DNA of 64,000 nt from Octopus sinensis (taxonomy: Eukaryota). Where the stretch lies: the NCBI RefSeq assembly GCF_006345805.1, contig NC_042998.1, forward strand, positions 197,284,001 to 197,348,000. The letters are read 5' to 3'. This document shows positions 24,182-36,827 of this stretch, one piece after another (the first letter of the stretch is position 1; each line of letters begins with the position of its first letter). A model generated the notes under the pieces. The model did no database searches. It saw only the letters and a list, made by a program, of their open reading frames with translations, and was not told where the DNA came from. Made by a program: the position numbers and the translations under genes.

Positions 24182-24811
24182 CGGCAAGAGACATGTTATG
24201 TTGATAAACAATCTTTACTCCAAAATACCATTGCTGAATATCTCTCGTTGTGAGATTTGGAAATAGTAATTTTCATAGAGAAAGTTACCTCATATTAAAA
24301 GTTACCAAAAACACTAATTAGTTTATGAACATTATGGTACCTATGTGAAACTAGATGGCTTGAATCATTGAGAGATATGTATATTTGCAAGAGATACAAC
24401 ACCGGTTTTATGTCAGTAAATGATATTCTGTGTACGTTAACAATGGCCAGCTGTAGCTTTCTCTGAACTGTTGGTTGATATAAGTTGAAGGGTTGGGGGT
24501 CAGAATTACCGCTTAAGTAGGAATCAAATATCCAGAAATATGTGAAGTTCTAAACAGTAAGGAGAGATAAGTGGGGGGAAAGGTCATTAGTTCCAATTAA
24601 GGAGTGATAGAGATGAGGTGATTCGTTTCAGTTGGTAGTGATTGATAGATGGAGCATTGGTCATAAATTTTGTAGAACATGACAAAACCATTCTAGAGGG
24701 ATTGTCTCCAGGATGTTGAATCACATCCAACATTTAATGTGCAAGGAGCAAACAAACCAAAACCCATTTCTATGATGACATGAAGTAATGGATGTCATCC
24801 ATTCTATCTAA

Positions 24812-25270
24812 CTAGCAGTATCGCCCGGCGTTGCTTGGGTTTGTAAGGGAAATAACTATATAAGCATTTTTAGAGAGTTATAGCCAAAAAATGCATTAAA
24901 AATGGAAAGAAAATGATGGTAAATTTTTTTTAAAATCGTCGGCTCATTGTAGAGATTTTTAGAGTTACTTCCCTTATATAATAGCGAAAAAATGATGCTA
25001 AATTGAACAAAAAATCGTTGGCTCATTGTAGAGATTTTTAGAGAGTTACTTCCCTTATATAATAGCAGAAAAAATGCATTAAAATGGAAAAAAATGATGG
25101 TAAATTTTTTTTTAAATCGTAGACTCATGCTAATACCCAGAAGGGCTCGATATAAATCACGACTATAAGATACCCGGTTTTGGTTAAACTGCACCGCAAA
25201 ATGTGGGAGTAGTTAGGAATCTAAATCGTAGGAGACAGACAGCACACAACCTCACTTTTATATATAAAGA
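24812..25270 (-). mobile_element. non-autonomous Helitron with internal tandem repeats
   Basis: Minus strand A|TC...subterminal hairpin CCCAAGCAACGCCGGG...CTAG|T; internal repeats of TTTTAGAGAGTTACTTCCCTTATATAATAGC. Confidence 0.75.
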
Positions 25271-25315
25271 TTATCAGAGTGAAATAACTCTTGTGATTTT
25301 GATTTTATTATCCAG

Positions 25316-25411
25316 TGATTATCTTGCTCAGAAATCTCAGATGAAATCATACATGAAATATTCCAGACCAGAATGGTATCCTGAAGACAAGAAACTAATG
25401 TTCAGCCCAAA
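25316..25411 (+). CDS. exon of the E/K-rich gene (DYLAQKSQMKSYMKYSRPEWYPEDKKLMFSP)
   Basis: Acceptor TTTTATTATCCAG, donor AA|GTCAGT; phase 2 to 2. Confidence 0.7.
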
Positions 25412-25749
25412 GTCAGTATACTATTTTTTTCATTCCTAATTATCACATATATACATTGATACTAAGGAGAGTATTCAAATTTACTCATCTATGGATATAT
25501 ATCTATGTGAATACTTTGCTTCTCTTTCTGTGTCAGTGTGTGTGTACATGTATGTATAATTATATGTATATAAATGGAACAAAGACGCAATAGAAGACAA
25601 TACATTCGGACAGATAGATGATACAAAGGCGGACAAGAAAAACAATTAGGACAAGCAAAAAAAGACACATTTGTGGCTTCCTTTTCTCAGTTGCAAAGCT
25701 CCTGGCTTTAAGGGTATCATGAAAGACCTGTTAGAGGCATTATAGGTAT

Positions 25750-26285
25750 ACGAGTGGCTGTGTAGTAAGTAGCTTGCTTCTCAACTACATGGTTCCAGGT
25801 TCAGTCCCACTGTATGGTACTTTAGGCAAGTGTCTTCTACTATAGCCTCTGGCCAACCAAAGCCTTGTGAGTGGATTTGGTAGATGGAAACTGAAAGAAG
25901 CTTGTTGTATATCATCATCGTTTAACGTCCACTTTCTATGCTAGCATGAGTTGGACAGTCTGACCGAGGACTGGAAAGCCAGGGGGTCACACCAGGCTCC
26001 AGTCTGAGCTGGCAAAGTTTCTACAGCTGGATGCCCTTCCTAACGCCAACCACTCTGAGTGTAGTGGGTGCTTTTTACATGCCACCGGTATGGGAGCCAG
26101 TCAAAGGGCACTGGCACCGACGACATTCAGATGGTGTTTTTTACGTGCCACTGGCACAAGAGCCAGTGAGGGGGCGCTGGCATCAACCATGTTCAGATGG
26201 TGCTTTTTAGGTGTCACTGGCACAGGAGCCAGCCAGGGGGCACTGGCATCGACCACGTTCAGATGGTGCCTTTTATGTGCTTCTG
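25750..26285. mobile_element. SINE A 5' half (+) followed by an RTE 3' UTR fragment (-, from ~25912)
   Basis: The SINE stops at its internal microsatellite, where (CAT)n and the RTE reverse complement begin. Confidence 0.75.
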
Positions 26286-26431
26286 TTAAGAATGTAGTAG
26301 AGTAGAATGTTTGTCAGGTTTCACCCTGTACTATTCCAGATTTACGTAGGGGCTTCTGTAGTGTGTGAATAGAGAATTGAATAAGTTGCTGTCCAACCAT
26401 ACTCCTTCTTGTTGACTCCAACTTATTCAAT

Positions 26432-26737
26432 TATATACTGGCACTCCGCCGTCTCTTACGATGACAAGGGTTCCAGTTGATCCAATCAACAGACCAGCTT
26501 GCTCATGGGATATTCCACAGACACGTGTACATACTTCTGAGCGAGATTCACCGTGACACAGTGTGACAAGGCTGACCTCTTGAAGTAGAGTTACTACACA
26601 TATTTTGCCTGCTGAGTGGACTGCAGCAACATGAAATAAAGCGTCTTGCTCAAGGACACAACGTGCTGCCAGCAATTGAACTCGCGACTCTACAATCGCG
26701 AGCCGAATACCCTAACCATTACGCCACATACCTTCAC
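26432..26737 (-). mobile_element. tRNA-derived SINE, third family (CORE-like centre)
   Basis: A box TGGCGTAATGG, B box GAGTTCAATTG, then GTGTCCTTGAGCAAGAC. Confidence 0.65.
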
Positions 26738-26989
26738 ATCAATTACATATATATATAAACACACACATATATATATATAGTTCAAATGTACAGAGAACAA
26801 AAGACAGATATGGATGAGGGAACAAGTAGGTGTATTAGTTTGACACGTCAATTGTGGTTCTACAAAATGCAAACCAGAATATAGTAAATTCCCTCGTTAG
26901 TTGATAGAAACATTGATAATTTCTCAACAGGTAAGTGTTCTTGGCAAATACTTTAGTACCAATATATTTTTTGAGCTACAACATACTAT

Positions 26990-27365
26990 ATAGGCGCAGG
27001 AGTGGCTGTGTGGTAAGTAGCTTGTTTACCAACCACATGGTTCCGGGTTCAGTCCCACTGCATGGCACCTTGGGCAAGTGTCTTCTGCTATAGCCTCGGC
27101 CTGACCAATGTCTTGTGAGTGGATTTGGTAGACGGAAACTGAAAGAAGCCCGTTGTATATATGCGTGTGTGTGTTTGTCCCCCTAGTATTGCTTGACAAC
27201 CGATGCTGGTGTGTTTATGTCCCCGTTACTTAGCGGTTCGGCAAAAGAGGCCGATAGAATAAGTACTGGGCTTACAAAAGAATAAGTCCCGGGGTCGAGT
27301 TGCTCGATTAAAGGCGGTGCTCCAGCATGGCCGCAGTCAAATGACTGAAACAAGTAAAAGAGTAG
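26990..27365 (+). mobile_element. SINE family A
   Basis: Full-length copy. Confidence 0.85.
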
Positions 27366-27448
27366 AGAGTATATAATGTTTTTCTCTACATACAACAGTA
27401 TCGTGTATTGATTCTCCTTACACTAACGCTTTTTTTTGTTCATTGTAG

Positions 27449-27512
27449 TTACTATCAACAACTTGAGAAGACACCAGAAGATCACCGCAGGCCGCATAGT
27501 ACCATCTACTAA
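27449..27512 (+). CDS. terminal coding exon of the E/K-rich gene (YYQQLEKTPEDHRRPHSTIY*)
   Basis: Branch point CACTAAC plus T-rich acceptor; phase-2 frame ends TAA at 27510-27512; AATAAA 15 nt later. Confidence 0.6.
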
Positions 27513-27527
27513 AATATGTAACACACA

Positions 27528-27533
27528 AATAAA
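27528..27533 (+). terminator. poly(A) signal of the E/K-rich gene
   Basis: AATAAA just after the stop codon. Confidence 0.5.
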
Positions 27534-27564
27534 AAGCGGAAATACCTATACTCAAATCAGTTCT

Positions 27565-27570
27565 TTTATT
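27565..27570 (-). terminator. candidate poly(A) signal of Sec61-beta
   Basis: AATAAA on the minus strand ~207 nt after the stop. Confidence 0.5.
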
Positions 27571-27776
27571 TTTCCAGCAATCCCCAAAATGTTAGGGCCA
27601 TCGATAAAATCTTTCACTTTGGTATTACCTGCCACCCCCTCTTGAGAAAAGAAAAAATACAATTTAAATGAGGAGGTGAAACAGCAAATGAACGGACATA
27701 TAGAATGGTAATGTTGGTAACCAGTTCACTGATGTAGAGAGTGCGTGAGTGATTGTATATTAGGTTCTGTTGTCTT

Positions 27777-27905
<129 letters not shown>

Positions 27906-27942
27906 CTAGCAGCTAATAAGACTATTCCAACAAAACACACAT

Positions 27943-28335
27943 ACTCTTTTACTTGTTTCAGTCATTTGACTGCGGCCATGCTGGAGCACCGCCTTTAGTC
28001 GAGCAACTCGACCCCGGGACTTATTCTTTTGTAAGCCCAGTACTTATTCTATCGGACTCTTTTTGCCGAACCGCTAAGTGACGGAGACGTAAACACACCA
28101 GCATTGGTTGTCAAGCAATGCTAGGGGGACAGACAGACACACACACATACATACATATATATATATATATACGACGGGCTTCTTTCAGTTTCCGTCTACC
28201 AAATCCACTCACAAGGCTTTGGTTGGCCCGAGGCTATAGCAGAAGACACTTGCCCAAGATGCCACGCAGTGGGACTGAACCCGGAACCATGTGGTTGGTT
28301 AGCAAGCTACTTACCACACAGCTACTCCTGCGCCT
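27943..28335 (-). mobile_element. SINE family A
   Basis: Full-length copy in Sec61-beta intron 3. Confidence 0.85.
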
Positions 28336-28774
28336 AAATGAATGTTATTAAATATATACACACACACACTAATACATTAGTCCTTCTGATAGATTTTTCC
28401 ATTGGTTTTTACAATGAGTATTCAGTTGTTCTATCAACTACTGACTTATTAACAAGAGGCAGAGTATTCCACAGCTGTGTATGCCATAATGTCGTTTTTA
28501 GTGTGGCAAAGGCCAGGCTGTTGGAGTGCAAGACCAGTCAACCTGATGAGCCTTCACACAAGACTTTTGGATAGACTTCAGGCAATGGCTAAAGAAACTT
28601 GTCTGAAATACTACGTCATAGATCAAATCTAGGACCTTGTGATTGTGAAGTGAACTTCTACCATAGCCCTGGTTGACCAAAACCTTGTGAGTAGATTTGG
28701 TAGGCAAAAAGTGAAAGAAGCCATACACACACACACGTGTGTGTGTGTGTGAATGATTGTTGTAATATCATTCA

Positions 28775-29136
28775 CTAGCAGTATCGCCCGGGTTTGTAAG
28801 GGAAATAACTATATAAGCATTTTTAGAGAGTTATAGCCAAAAAATAGCAAAAAAATGATGGTAAATTTTTTTTTAAATCATTGACACATCGTAGACATTT
28901 TTAGAGAGTTACTTCCCTTATATAATAGCGAAAAAATGCATGAAAATGGAAAAATGATGGTAAATTTTTTTTTAAATCATAGACTCATCGTAGACGTGCT
29001 AATACCCAGAAGGGCTTGATATGAACCACGACTATAAGATACCCGGTTTTGGTTAAACTGCACCGCAAAATGTGGGAGTAGTTAGGAATCTAAATCGTAG
29101 GAGACAGACACACAACTTCACTTTAATATATAAAGA
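28775..29136 (-). mobile_element. non-autonomous Helitron, same family as 24812-25270
   Basis: Same TC and CTAG ends and body; subterminal hairpin collapsed to CCCGGG. Confidence 0.75.
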
Positions 29137-30529
29137 TTTCCAACATGTCTAGCCATGGAGAGATATGACCTCGCTTCAAAACAAACAAGGGCATCAGGCC
29201 ATAGAAAAATCTGCCTTAATAACCTCTATTCAACCCACGCAAGAACGGAAAAGTAAATGATTAAAATGATGATGATATTGCCGACATTGATTTTGTGTCC
29301 AATTTTTGCCATGTTATGAAATGGACAAGACCCATTGTAGGGTCTTTTATGGCCAGATGACCTTCCTGTCACAAACCCTTGCTTGTGTTTGAAGTGATTT
29401 TTATTCTATTCTGGTCTTCACATGTTGGAACTGCTGAGCCACAGCAGATGCAAACGAGACATCACTATCACACACAAAAAAAGATGTAAAAATAAACATT
29501 TATGTATGCATGCTTCTGTGCGATTTATAACATGTCAGTCACTTTTGTATATATATATATATAGATGCACAAACAATACATCAATCATGTATAGAAACAC
29601 CAGATTATTAGTGTGTATCATCATCATTTAATGTCCGTTGTCCATGCTAGCATGGGTTGGATGGTATGACCAGAGCTGGCGAGCTGCACCAGACTCCAAT
29701 CAAATTTGGTATGGTATCTACAGCTTGATGCCCTTCCTAACACCAACACTTTACAGAGTATACTTTCACAGAGTATTTTCAAAAATTAAGAGTAACTTTT
29801 CACATTCTAATTTCTTATAATAGAAGCAAGCAATAATATTCCCATTCAAAGTCAAAGGGTTGGAGGTGTCTGACATAGTATACTTGGCTATATAGATGAA
29901 ATCACTTAAAGAGGCACCATCCTGTTTCCTATGGCTTTGGTAATTACGAGTTTGGCATTCAAAGACAAAAGAAAAAAAAAAACACTATTCACAGGAACTG
30001 TACTACATTGCAGTAACTAAAAACATCTTGGACTGGAATGCTAGTCAGAGACAGAGTACGGTGATCTAATACCATACTATGAGACCTACCAGATACGTTG
30101 GACTATTTACGGTCGTCAGCTTTATATTCATCTTAACTTAGTTGTTTGTCCGTTATCCCAGTGATGTGGTTATTCGTAGTTCTTGTTGAAAAATTGGGGA
30201 CAAGGGTGGAGATAACCACCAGAGTATAAAGTAAGCACAACAGAGAAGAGAGGGAAAACTTATTTGTTTGTTACTAATGTTTTTATGGTATGTCATAGTT
30301 GTGATATCATTTTGATATTAGTTATATAATATATAAAAAACACAATATTAGCAAAGAAGATGCTGGCTTATTATTGGTTGGAGTAAACTTGTTTCTTATC
30401 AATATTTACTGTTTCTGTCAATAAAATAATGTGGTTTCCAGTTTTAGATCACCTTTTCCATATCAGTCAGAAAAAGGACCTGTGAAAGGTCACCATGTAG
30501 GAGGAGACCTATTGAGTCAAGTACATCAA

Positions 30530-30865
30530 CATCAAAATAAAAATTCAAATGGAAATTGTAGTTAAGACACCTGTGCCAGTGACATGTATAAAGCACCGTC
30601 CAAACATGGCAGATGCCAGCACCGCCTGACTGGCGTCCATGTTGGTGACACGTAAAAGCACCAACCGATCGTGGCCGTTGCCAGCTTCGCCTGGCAAGTA
30701 AAAAGCACCCACTACACTCACGGAGTGGTTTGCATTAGGAAGGGTATCCAGCTGTAGAAACAATGCCAGATCAGACTGGAGCCTGGTGCAGCCAGTCTGG
30801 CTTCCCAGACCCCGGTCGAACCATCCAACCCATGCCAATGTGGAAAACGGACGTTAAATGATTAC
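30530..30865 (+). mobile_element. RTE 3' UTR fragment
   Basis: Modules and RTE 3' end. Confidence 0.75.
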
Positions 30866-30960
30866 CATGTAGATCTAAGTAAGGTTTGTCATATAGAACT
30901 AATTCAATGATAAAACTCATTGTCCACTAAAACATCTTTTGGTGAAACGAAATTACTTAC

Positions 30961-31062
30961 ACTTTAATTCCTGGAGAGTCTTCAGTGTAAAACCGCCACA
31001 TTCCAGCGCCACCACCGCCAGCTGTGGTTGCAGATCGCTTTGCTGTCGTTGTCGTCGTTTTT
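30961..31062 (-). CDS. SEC61B: Sec61-beta exon 3 (KTTTTTAKRSATTAGGGGAGMWRFYTEDSPGIKV)
   Basis: Signature MWRFYTEDSPG; acceptor TTCTTGCAG, donor GT|GTAAGT; phase 2 to 2. Confidence 0.97.
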
Positions 31063-31145
31063 CTGCAAGAATAATAATTTATATTACCAGGGACATAACA
31101 CCCAAAAATGGTACAACAGGATTTTACAATGAGTATGTATGTATG

Positions 31146-31410
31146 TATGTTAGTTAATTTTTGGTGCAAAAAGCAAGGCCATGTAGAGGGACATGGAGTT
31201 ATGTACAGGGTGGTGTTCATGTAAAGAGTTCAGGCCACTTGTGGTCAAGGGAGACTTTGAACCAAGCGGTCGTCAGCATCTTCACCATCCCGTCCGGCAG
31301 CTTATCCCACGGATCCGCAACCCGGACGGAAAAAGCCCCTCTCCTTCGATTGAAATGAAATCGTCGCAGATAGAGATTTTCGAAATGACCCCGTAGCCGA
31401 CACTCTGTAT
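31146..31410 (-). mobile_element. second CR1 family, 3' fragment with (TAAC)n tail
   Basis: Encodes AFSVRVADPWDKLP; related copies at 32935-33120 and 53911-54245. Confidence 0.75.
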
Positions 31411-32009
31411 AGACATAAAGCTAAAATAATTAAGTAGAAAATATGTTGTAGGTCCCAAAAGGGTACAGCCAACAAACTTGGGTCATTCAGAGAACCTCTC
31501 AAATCCCAGTTTATCCTGAGCAATCAAGAAAAGTGTCCTCACAACTTACAAATTACATCTATTGTTTGTAGAGTTATTTAAATATATACTGAATCATGGC
31601 CTCTAAACCCCTCACAGTTTATTTTTAAAATTAAGCACAATGAGTAGAATATTCTTGTTAGAAATGTGATCACAAAATAAGGCAAAATATATTCTTTATG
31701 ATCAATCATATATTATTGTAAGAAGATAATTTTGGTTGAATTAATAAACCATGTCTCACTTGTGGCTTCCATTTTTGGCATGATTTCTGTGGCTGGATGT
31801 CATTCCTGTTACCAGTCACAATAAACAAATGCTTTCGGTGAATTGAATGAAAGGTCATTGCTCTAGGAGCGAGGAGGTATCATCATTTTTGTGTCCCAGT
31901 GTGTCCATGCTTGCAGGGTCAAACATGTTTTCTCCAGCACAGGCATCTTACGACTTGTGGTCTTTTGTCATCTTCAGTCTTCACCATTTGGTTATTGCCA
32001 GTACTGCCT

Positions 32010-32575
32010 GACTGGCCCCCGTGCCGTGGCACGTAAAAGGGCACCATTCGAGTGTGATCGTTACCAACATCGCCTTACTGGCACCTGTGCTGGTGGCATG
32101 TGTAAAAAGATTCGAGCGAGGTCATTGCCAGTACCTATTTCTTTACTACCCACAAGGGGCTAAACACAGAGGGGACAAACAAGGATAGACAAACGGATTA
32201 AGTCGATTATATCGACCCCAGTGCGTAACTGGTACTTATTTAATCGACCCCGAAAGGATGAAAGGCAAAGTCGACCTCGGTGGAGTTTGAACTCAGAACG
32301 AAGCGACGGGCGATATACAGCTAAGTATTTTGTCCAGCGTACTAATGTTTCTGCCAGCTCGCCGACCGCCTGACTGGCCCCCGTGCACGTAAAAAGCACC
32401 CACTACACTCTCGGAGTGGTTGACGTTAGGAAGGGCATCCAACAGTAGAAACCCTGCCAGATCAAGACTGGAGCCTGGTGCAGCCATCTGGTTCGCCAGT
32501 CCTCGGTCAAAATCGTCCAACCCATGCTAGCATGGAAAGCAGACGTTAAACGATGATGATGATGATGATGATGAT
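32010..32575 (+). mobile_element. RTE 3' UTR fragment split by a SINE B (-, ~32134-32365)
   Basis: Module sequence GCCAGTACC|SINE|ACCGCCTGACTGG. Confidence 0.75.
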
Positions 32576-32934
32576 TTTCCATATCTTCTTCCACCTGAAT
32601 TGTTCAGCATTTCTTTACTTAAACATCCTTCTCTGTAAACTTTACCTGTACATGTACAGTGCAATCTCCTCTCTTGAACCTTGCATCTAATTCCTCTTAC
32701 ACCTGGTTTTTCTGAACTACTTTGTTCTCCATTGTTCATGCACATTAACATTTCTTACCTAAGAGAGCCATGTTCACCTCTCTTCTGTCCAGCCTTCACA
32801 CAACCTCTGCAATGTTCATGTTTCACTCTCACACAACACATTCAATACCACAAGCATTATAGAATCTGCCCTTCACTCAACAGAAATAATCTCTTTGTTG
32901 CCAACAAAGATGATAGCCAACTAAAAGTTTTTTC

Positions 32935-33120
32935 CGAGATGCGGATCCGTGGAACAAGCTGCCGGACAAGATGGTGAAGATGCCGACGACCGCTTTGTTC
33001 AAAGTCTCCCGTGGCCTGAACTCTTTACATGAACACCACCCTCTACATAACTCCATGTCCCCCTACATGGCCTTGCTTTTTGCTTTTTGAGCCAAAAAAA
33101 TTAACTAACTAACTAACTAC
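32935..33120 (+). mobile_element. second CR1 family, 3' fragment
   Basis: GATCCGTGGAACAAGCTGCC...; (TAAC)n tail. Confidence 0.75.
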
Positions 33121-33467
33121 TCTGATTATGATGTCTCTGGCGCACCTACCCCCACCACTAAGCCACCTAGATATTTGTGGCTATCCATAATGGTTCAATT
33201 CCTTTCAATGCCTTCATATCCTTAATTATGCTTTCAACCATGGAGCTGTCAGCATCAATAAATGATTTCTCTTTTGGATCTACTGGGGCAGTCATCTTCC
33301 TCCCAGATATTCTCTTAGAATAAGACAAATCAGATGGATGTAGGTACAAAAAAAAAAGCTTCCTTGACTACAGAATTTGTGACATACACTGCAATATATA
33401 GTGGTGTTATAAGAGAAAAGTAAGGTTAGGACAGAGAAAACAACAAGAGTTCAAAATTGAAGCATAC

Positions 33468-33562
33468 CTTTGCCGGACACTACTACCACTTGTTCGGGGT
33501 GCAACAGACTTGGAACTTGGCCCACGACCAGCACCAACATTTGTAGAACTTGAAGAAACAGC
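33468..33562 (-). CDS. SEC61B: Sec61-beta exon 2 (AVSSSSTNVGAGRGPSSKSVAPRTSGSSVRQR)
   Basis: Resembles the Sec61-beta N-terminus (STNVG...SVRQR); acceptor TTTACTTTAG, donor AG|GTATGC; phase 0 to 2. Confidence 0.93.
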
Positions 33563-34296
33563 CTAAAGTAAACAAAGAAATATTTCATCCAATTAGCATT
33601 ATTGGTTCCAAAATATGTGAATATCATACCTAACACTACAGCTTTTTAGATCATAATAAATTTAGTACTGCCCTTAACAGATAAAAAAAATAGCAAGGTA
33701 GTCAATATGTGATTTAAGGACAAAAAAATTATATAGGGGAACAATATAACATTTATATGATTGAAACAAGCTAATTTATCTGGAGTCAGTGCCTGTCACA
33801 TACTTTACCAGCTGGTCTATCTGATGCGGCCAATAGCATAACTTCTGGAAAAATGTGTAAGATAGAAAGCAAGGCTTGCTGTAGGTATGTATACATAATG
33901 ACATCTACTGCAAATGTTGCTATGTGATAGTTATGAAGTGGCTCTAGATCAATTCCAACTGAGAAGACCTCTCATTAAATGCATGGCTTCTTTTACAAGA
34001 TGATATGGTTTTATGTGATTTCAAAGGAAAAAGGAGAAGTGTCTGTAATGAATTGCAGTGGTTTACAATTAGGGATTGCACAATTACAAAAAAAAAAAAA
34101 TTTTTTAATCAATTGTTTTGCTCAGTGTTAAATGGTAAGATGGAGGTGAGTGGGAGTGAAGTGAATCCCAGAATATTGTCGAAGTAAAAGAGTTCTATAA
34201 GATTTCACCAATCCAAATATCAGTGGAGTTCTTTAACCATTTTGATACCAACCTGCCTGGAGTTGATATTAATTTTTTTAAAGTTTTAAAGTGATC

Positions 34297-34716
34297 TAAA
34301 CGGATCGTTTCAGTTTGAACGGCAGTTTTTTTCTAGCGGTGTCATATGAAATTGTCACCCATAATTATGACCCTAGTATCGATCTATTGCATTTCAATCT
34401 GCTTTAGGGTTAGGGGGAAGGGTATCTTTTTTTCTTCACAAATTTAAATAAACCCAATCTGTTTCTTAAACGAGGGACATATTCATACGGCACAAAATGT
34501 TTTCACCTCAATAGACGTCAGTGATTGGTTGAAATTGCAGAAATTGAAGAAAAAAAAAACAACAAATATCTTACAAACTATAGAATTTTCTCAATAAAGC
34601 CAAGAGAAAAAGATGTTTTTATAAACACAGTCTACCAGTATACGAAGTTTAAAAGTGTTTAGTAACGTGGAAATTATTTAAAAAAAACTGCCGTTCAAAC
34701 CGAAAAAATCCATCTA
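34297..34716. mobile_element. Tc1/mariner-type MITE
   Basis: TA flanks; TIR core GTTTGAACGGCAGTTTTTTT / AAAAAAACTGCCGTTCAAAC. Confidence 0.7.
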
Positions 34717-34932
34717 AACTAAAACTATCAAAATTTTGTTCCAAACACAAACAAACAACGACAAAGTTATTTTGATAAATTCTTCCATATTTCAAAACAA
34801 ACTGAAACAAAACAGTGTATTTCAAAAGAAATACAGATACAAAATGGTTGAAGTGAGGTCAGTGCTAAAGGTACAAGTCTATTCTTAAAGACACTCAAGT
34901 TGTGGTCATCGCATGCATGTGGCTTTCATTAT

Positions 34933-36827
34933 TTAACCCTTTAGTATTCAAACTGGCCATAGCCGGCCCAATATACTACTTGTTTTATGTTCAAACTGGC
35001 TATAAATGGTCGTCCCTCACACTTAACCTATAATGTTATTTGAGAAATATACAATCCCATCGTCAAAATCTCAAAGCTACGAGATAATGCCGGATTAATT
35101 CAGAATGATGTTAATAAATAAACATTATATGCTCTAATTGCTGAGTTATTATCAGAACTGGAGAAGTTTCAGATGTGGAAACAAGGATTAGAATTGAAGG
35201 GCCTTAGAGTCAACCTAGCTAAAACCTATTTCTTTACTACCCACAAGGGGCTAAACACAGAGAGGACAAACAAGGACAGACAAACAGATTAAGTCAATTA
35301 CATCGACCCCAGTGCGTAACTGGTACTCATTTAATTGACCCCGAAAGGATGAAAGGCAAAGTCGACCTCGGCGGAACCAAAGTCCTAATAAGTAGGAAGG
35401 CAGGCAAACCACAAATCCCTTCAGGTAGATGGCCCTGCTTGATCTGTAGAAAAGGCATAGGTAGAAACTCTATAAGATGTACCCAGTGTAAGCTATGGAC
35501 ACATAAGAGGTGCAACAATATCAAAGGAAGGCTAACTAGGAAGATAGATTTGGTATGTGGCAGATGCTCACGAGCTATAAATAACACTGAAAATGTGCAG
35601 AGAACAACTTTGCCACATTCCAGGGAGAAAAACTAGAAGTAGCTGATAGCTTCCGTTACCTAGGTGACCAAGTCAGTAGCGGGGGAGGGTGCACTGAAAG
35701 TGTAGCTGCTAGAATAAGAATAGCCTGGGCAAAGTTCAGAGAGCTCTTACCTCTGCCGGTGACAAAGGGCCTCTCACTCAGAGTAAAAGAAAGATATGAC
35801 GCATGTGTACAAACAGCCATGCTACATGGCTGTGAAACATGGGCCGTGGCTGCTGAGGACATGTGTAAGCTTGTGAGGAACGAAGCCAGTATGCTCCGAT
35901 GGATGTGTAATGTCAATGTGCATACTTGACAGAGTGTAAGTACCTCAAGAGAGAAGTTGGACCTAAGAAGCATCAGTTGTGGTGTGCAAGAGAGATGACT
36001 GCACTGGTACGGCCATGTGGCGAGAATGGATGTGGATAGCTGTGTGAAAAAGTGCCACACCATAGCAGTTGAGGGAACCTGTGGAAGAGGTAGACCCAAG
36101 AAGACCAAGGATGAGGTGGTGAAGCATAACCTTCGAACATTGAGCCTCACTGAGGCAATGACTATTGACCAGGACCTTTCAAAATATGCTGTGCTTGAGA
36201 AGATTCAGCAAGCTCAAGTGAGACCATAACCTCATGGCCTATGCCAGGGGTGTAACCAGCCCATTTATGCGTACTTTCTCTTCATGGACACTAAATTCTG
36301 CTTGTGAAGACCTGTTGAGGCAAGTGAAATCAAAATCAAATTCGATGACTGGCATACGTACTAGTAGAGCACTAAGAGTACCATACGAGCGTGATCATTG
36401 CCAGAGCAACAAGCTGGCCTCCGTGCTGATGGGCAGGTAAAAAGCACCAGTCGAGTGTGATCGTTACCTGCATTGCCTAACTGGCACGTGAAAAAACATT
36501 CGAACGAGGTCGTTGCCAGTGCCGCTGGACTGTCTCCAGTGCAGGTGGCACATAAAAAGCATCATTTGAGTGTGGTCGTTGCCAGTACCACCTGACTGGC
36601 CTTCGTGCCAGTGGCACGTAAAAGCATCCACTACACTCTCGGAGTGGTTGGCGTTAGGCAGGACATCCAGCTGTAGAAACTCTTCCAGATTAGATTGGAG
36701 TCTGGTGCAGCCATCTGGTTTGCCAGACCTCAATCAAATCGTCCAACCCATGCTAGCATGGAAAGCGGATGTTAAACGATGATGATGATGATACATTTGA
36801 CAAATAATCTGAATACCAAAGGGTTAA
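34933..36827. mobile_element. piggyBac-type MITE interrupted by an RTE LINE
   Basis: TTAA|CCCTTTAGTATTCA ... TGAATACCAAAGGG|TTAA. Confidence 0.75.
35127..36792 (+). mobile_element. RTE LINE 3' half (decayed), itself containing a SINE B at 35227-35374
   Basis: Post-YADD region, PHD-like finger, ETWAVAAED, 3' UTR and (GAT)n; ACATT on both sides. Confidence 0.85.

Larger units (their letters stand above)
23608..24274 (-). mobile_element. non-coding Penelope-like / retrozyme-like element (tandem repeat with inverted 5' segment)
   Basis: Direct repeat 23608-23832 / 23960-24185 (period 353 bp); inverted arm 24189-24274 pairs with 23902-23987; each repeat carries a hammerhead core; no ORF. Confidence 0.6.

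Noticed and set aside
30090-30125. CTGACGA motif on the minus strand
   Set aside because: No stem II or GAAA follows
33167-33349. 60-aa minus-strand ORF in Sec61-beta intron 2
   Set aside because: No recognisable homology; splicing from exon 2 in phase 2 hits an early stop
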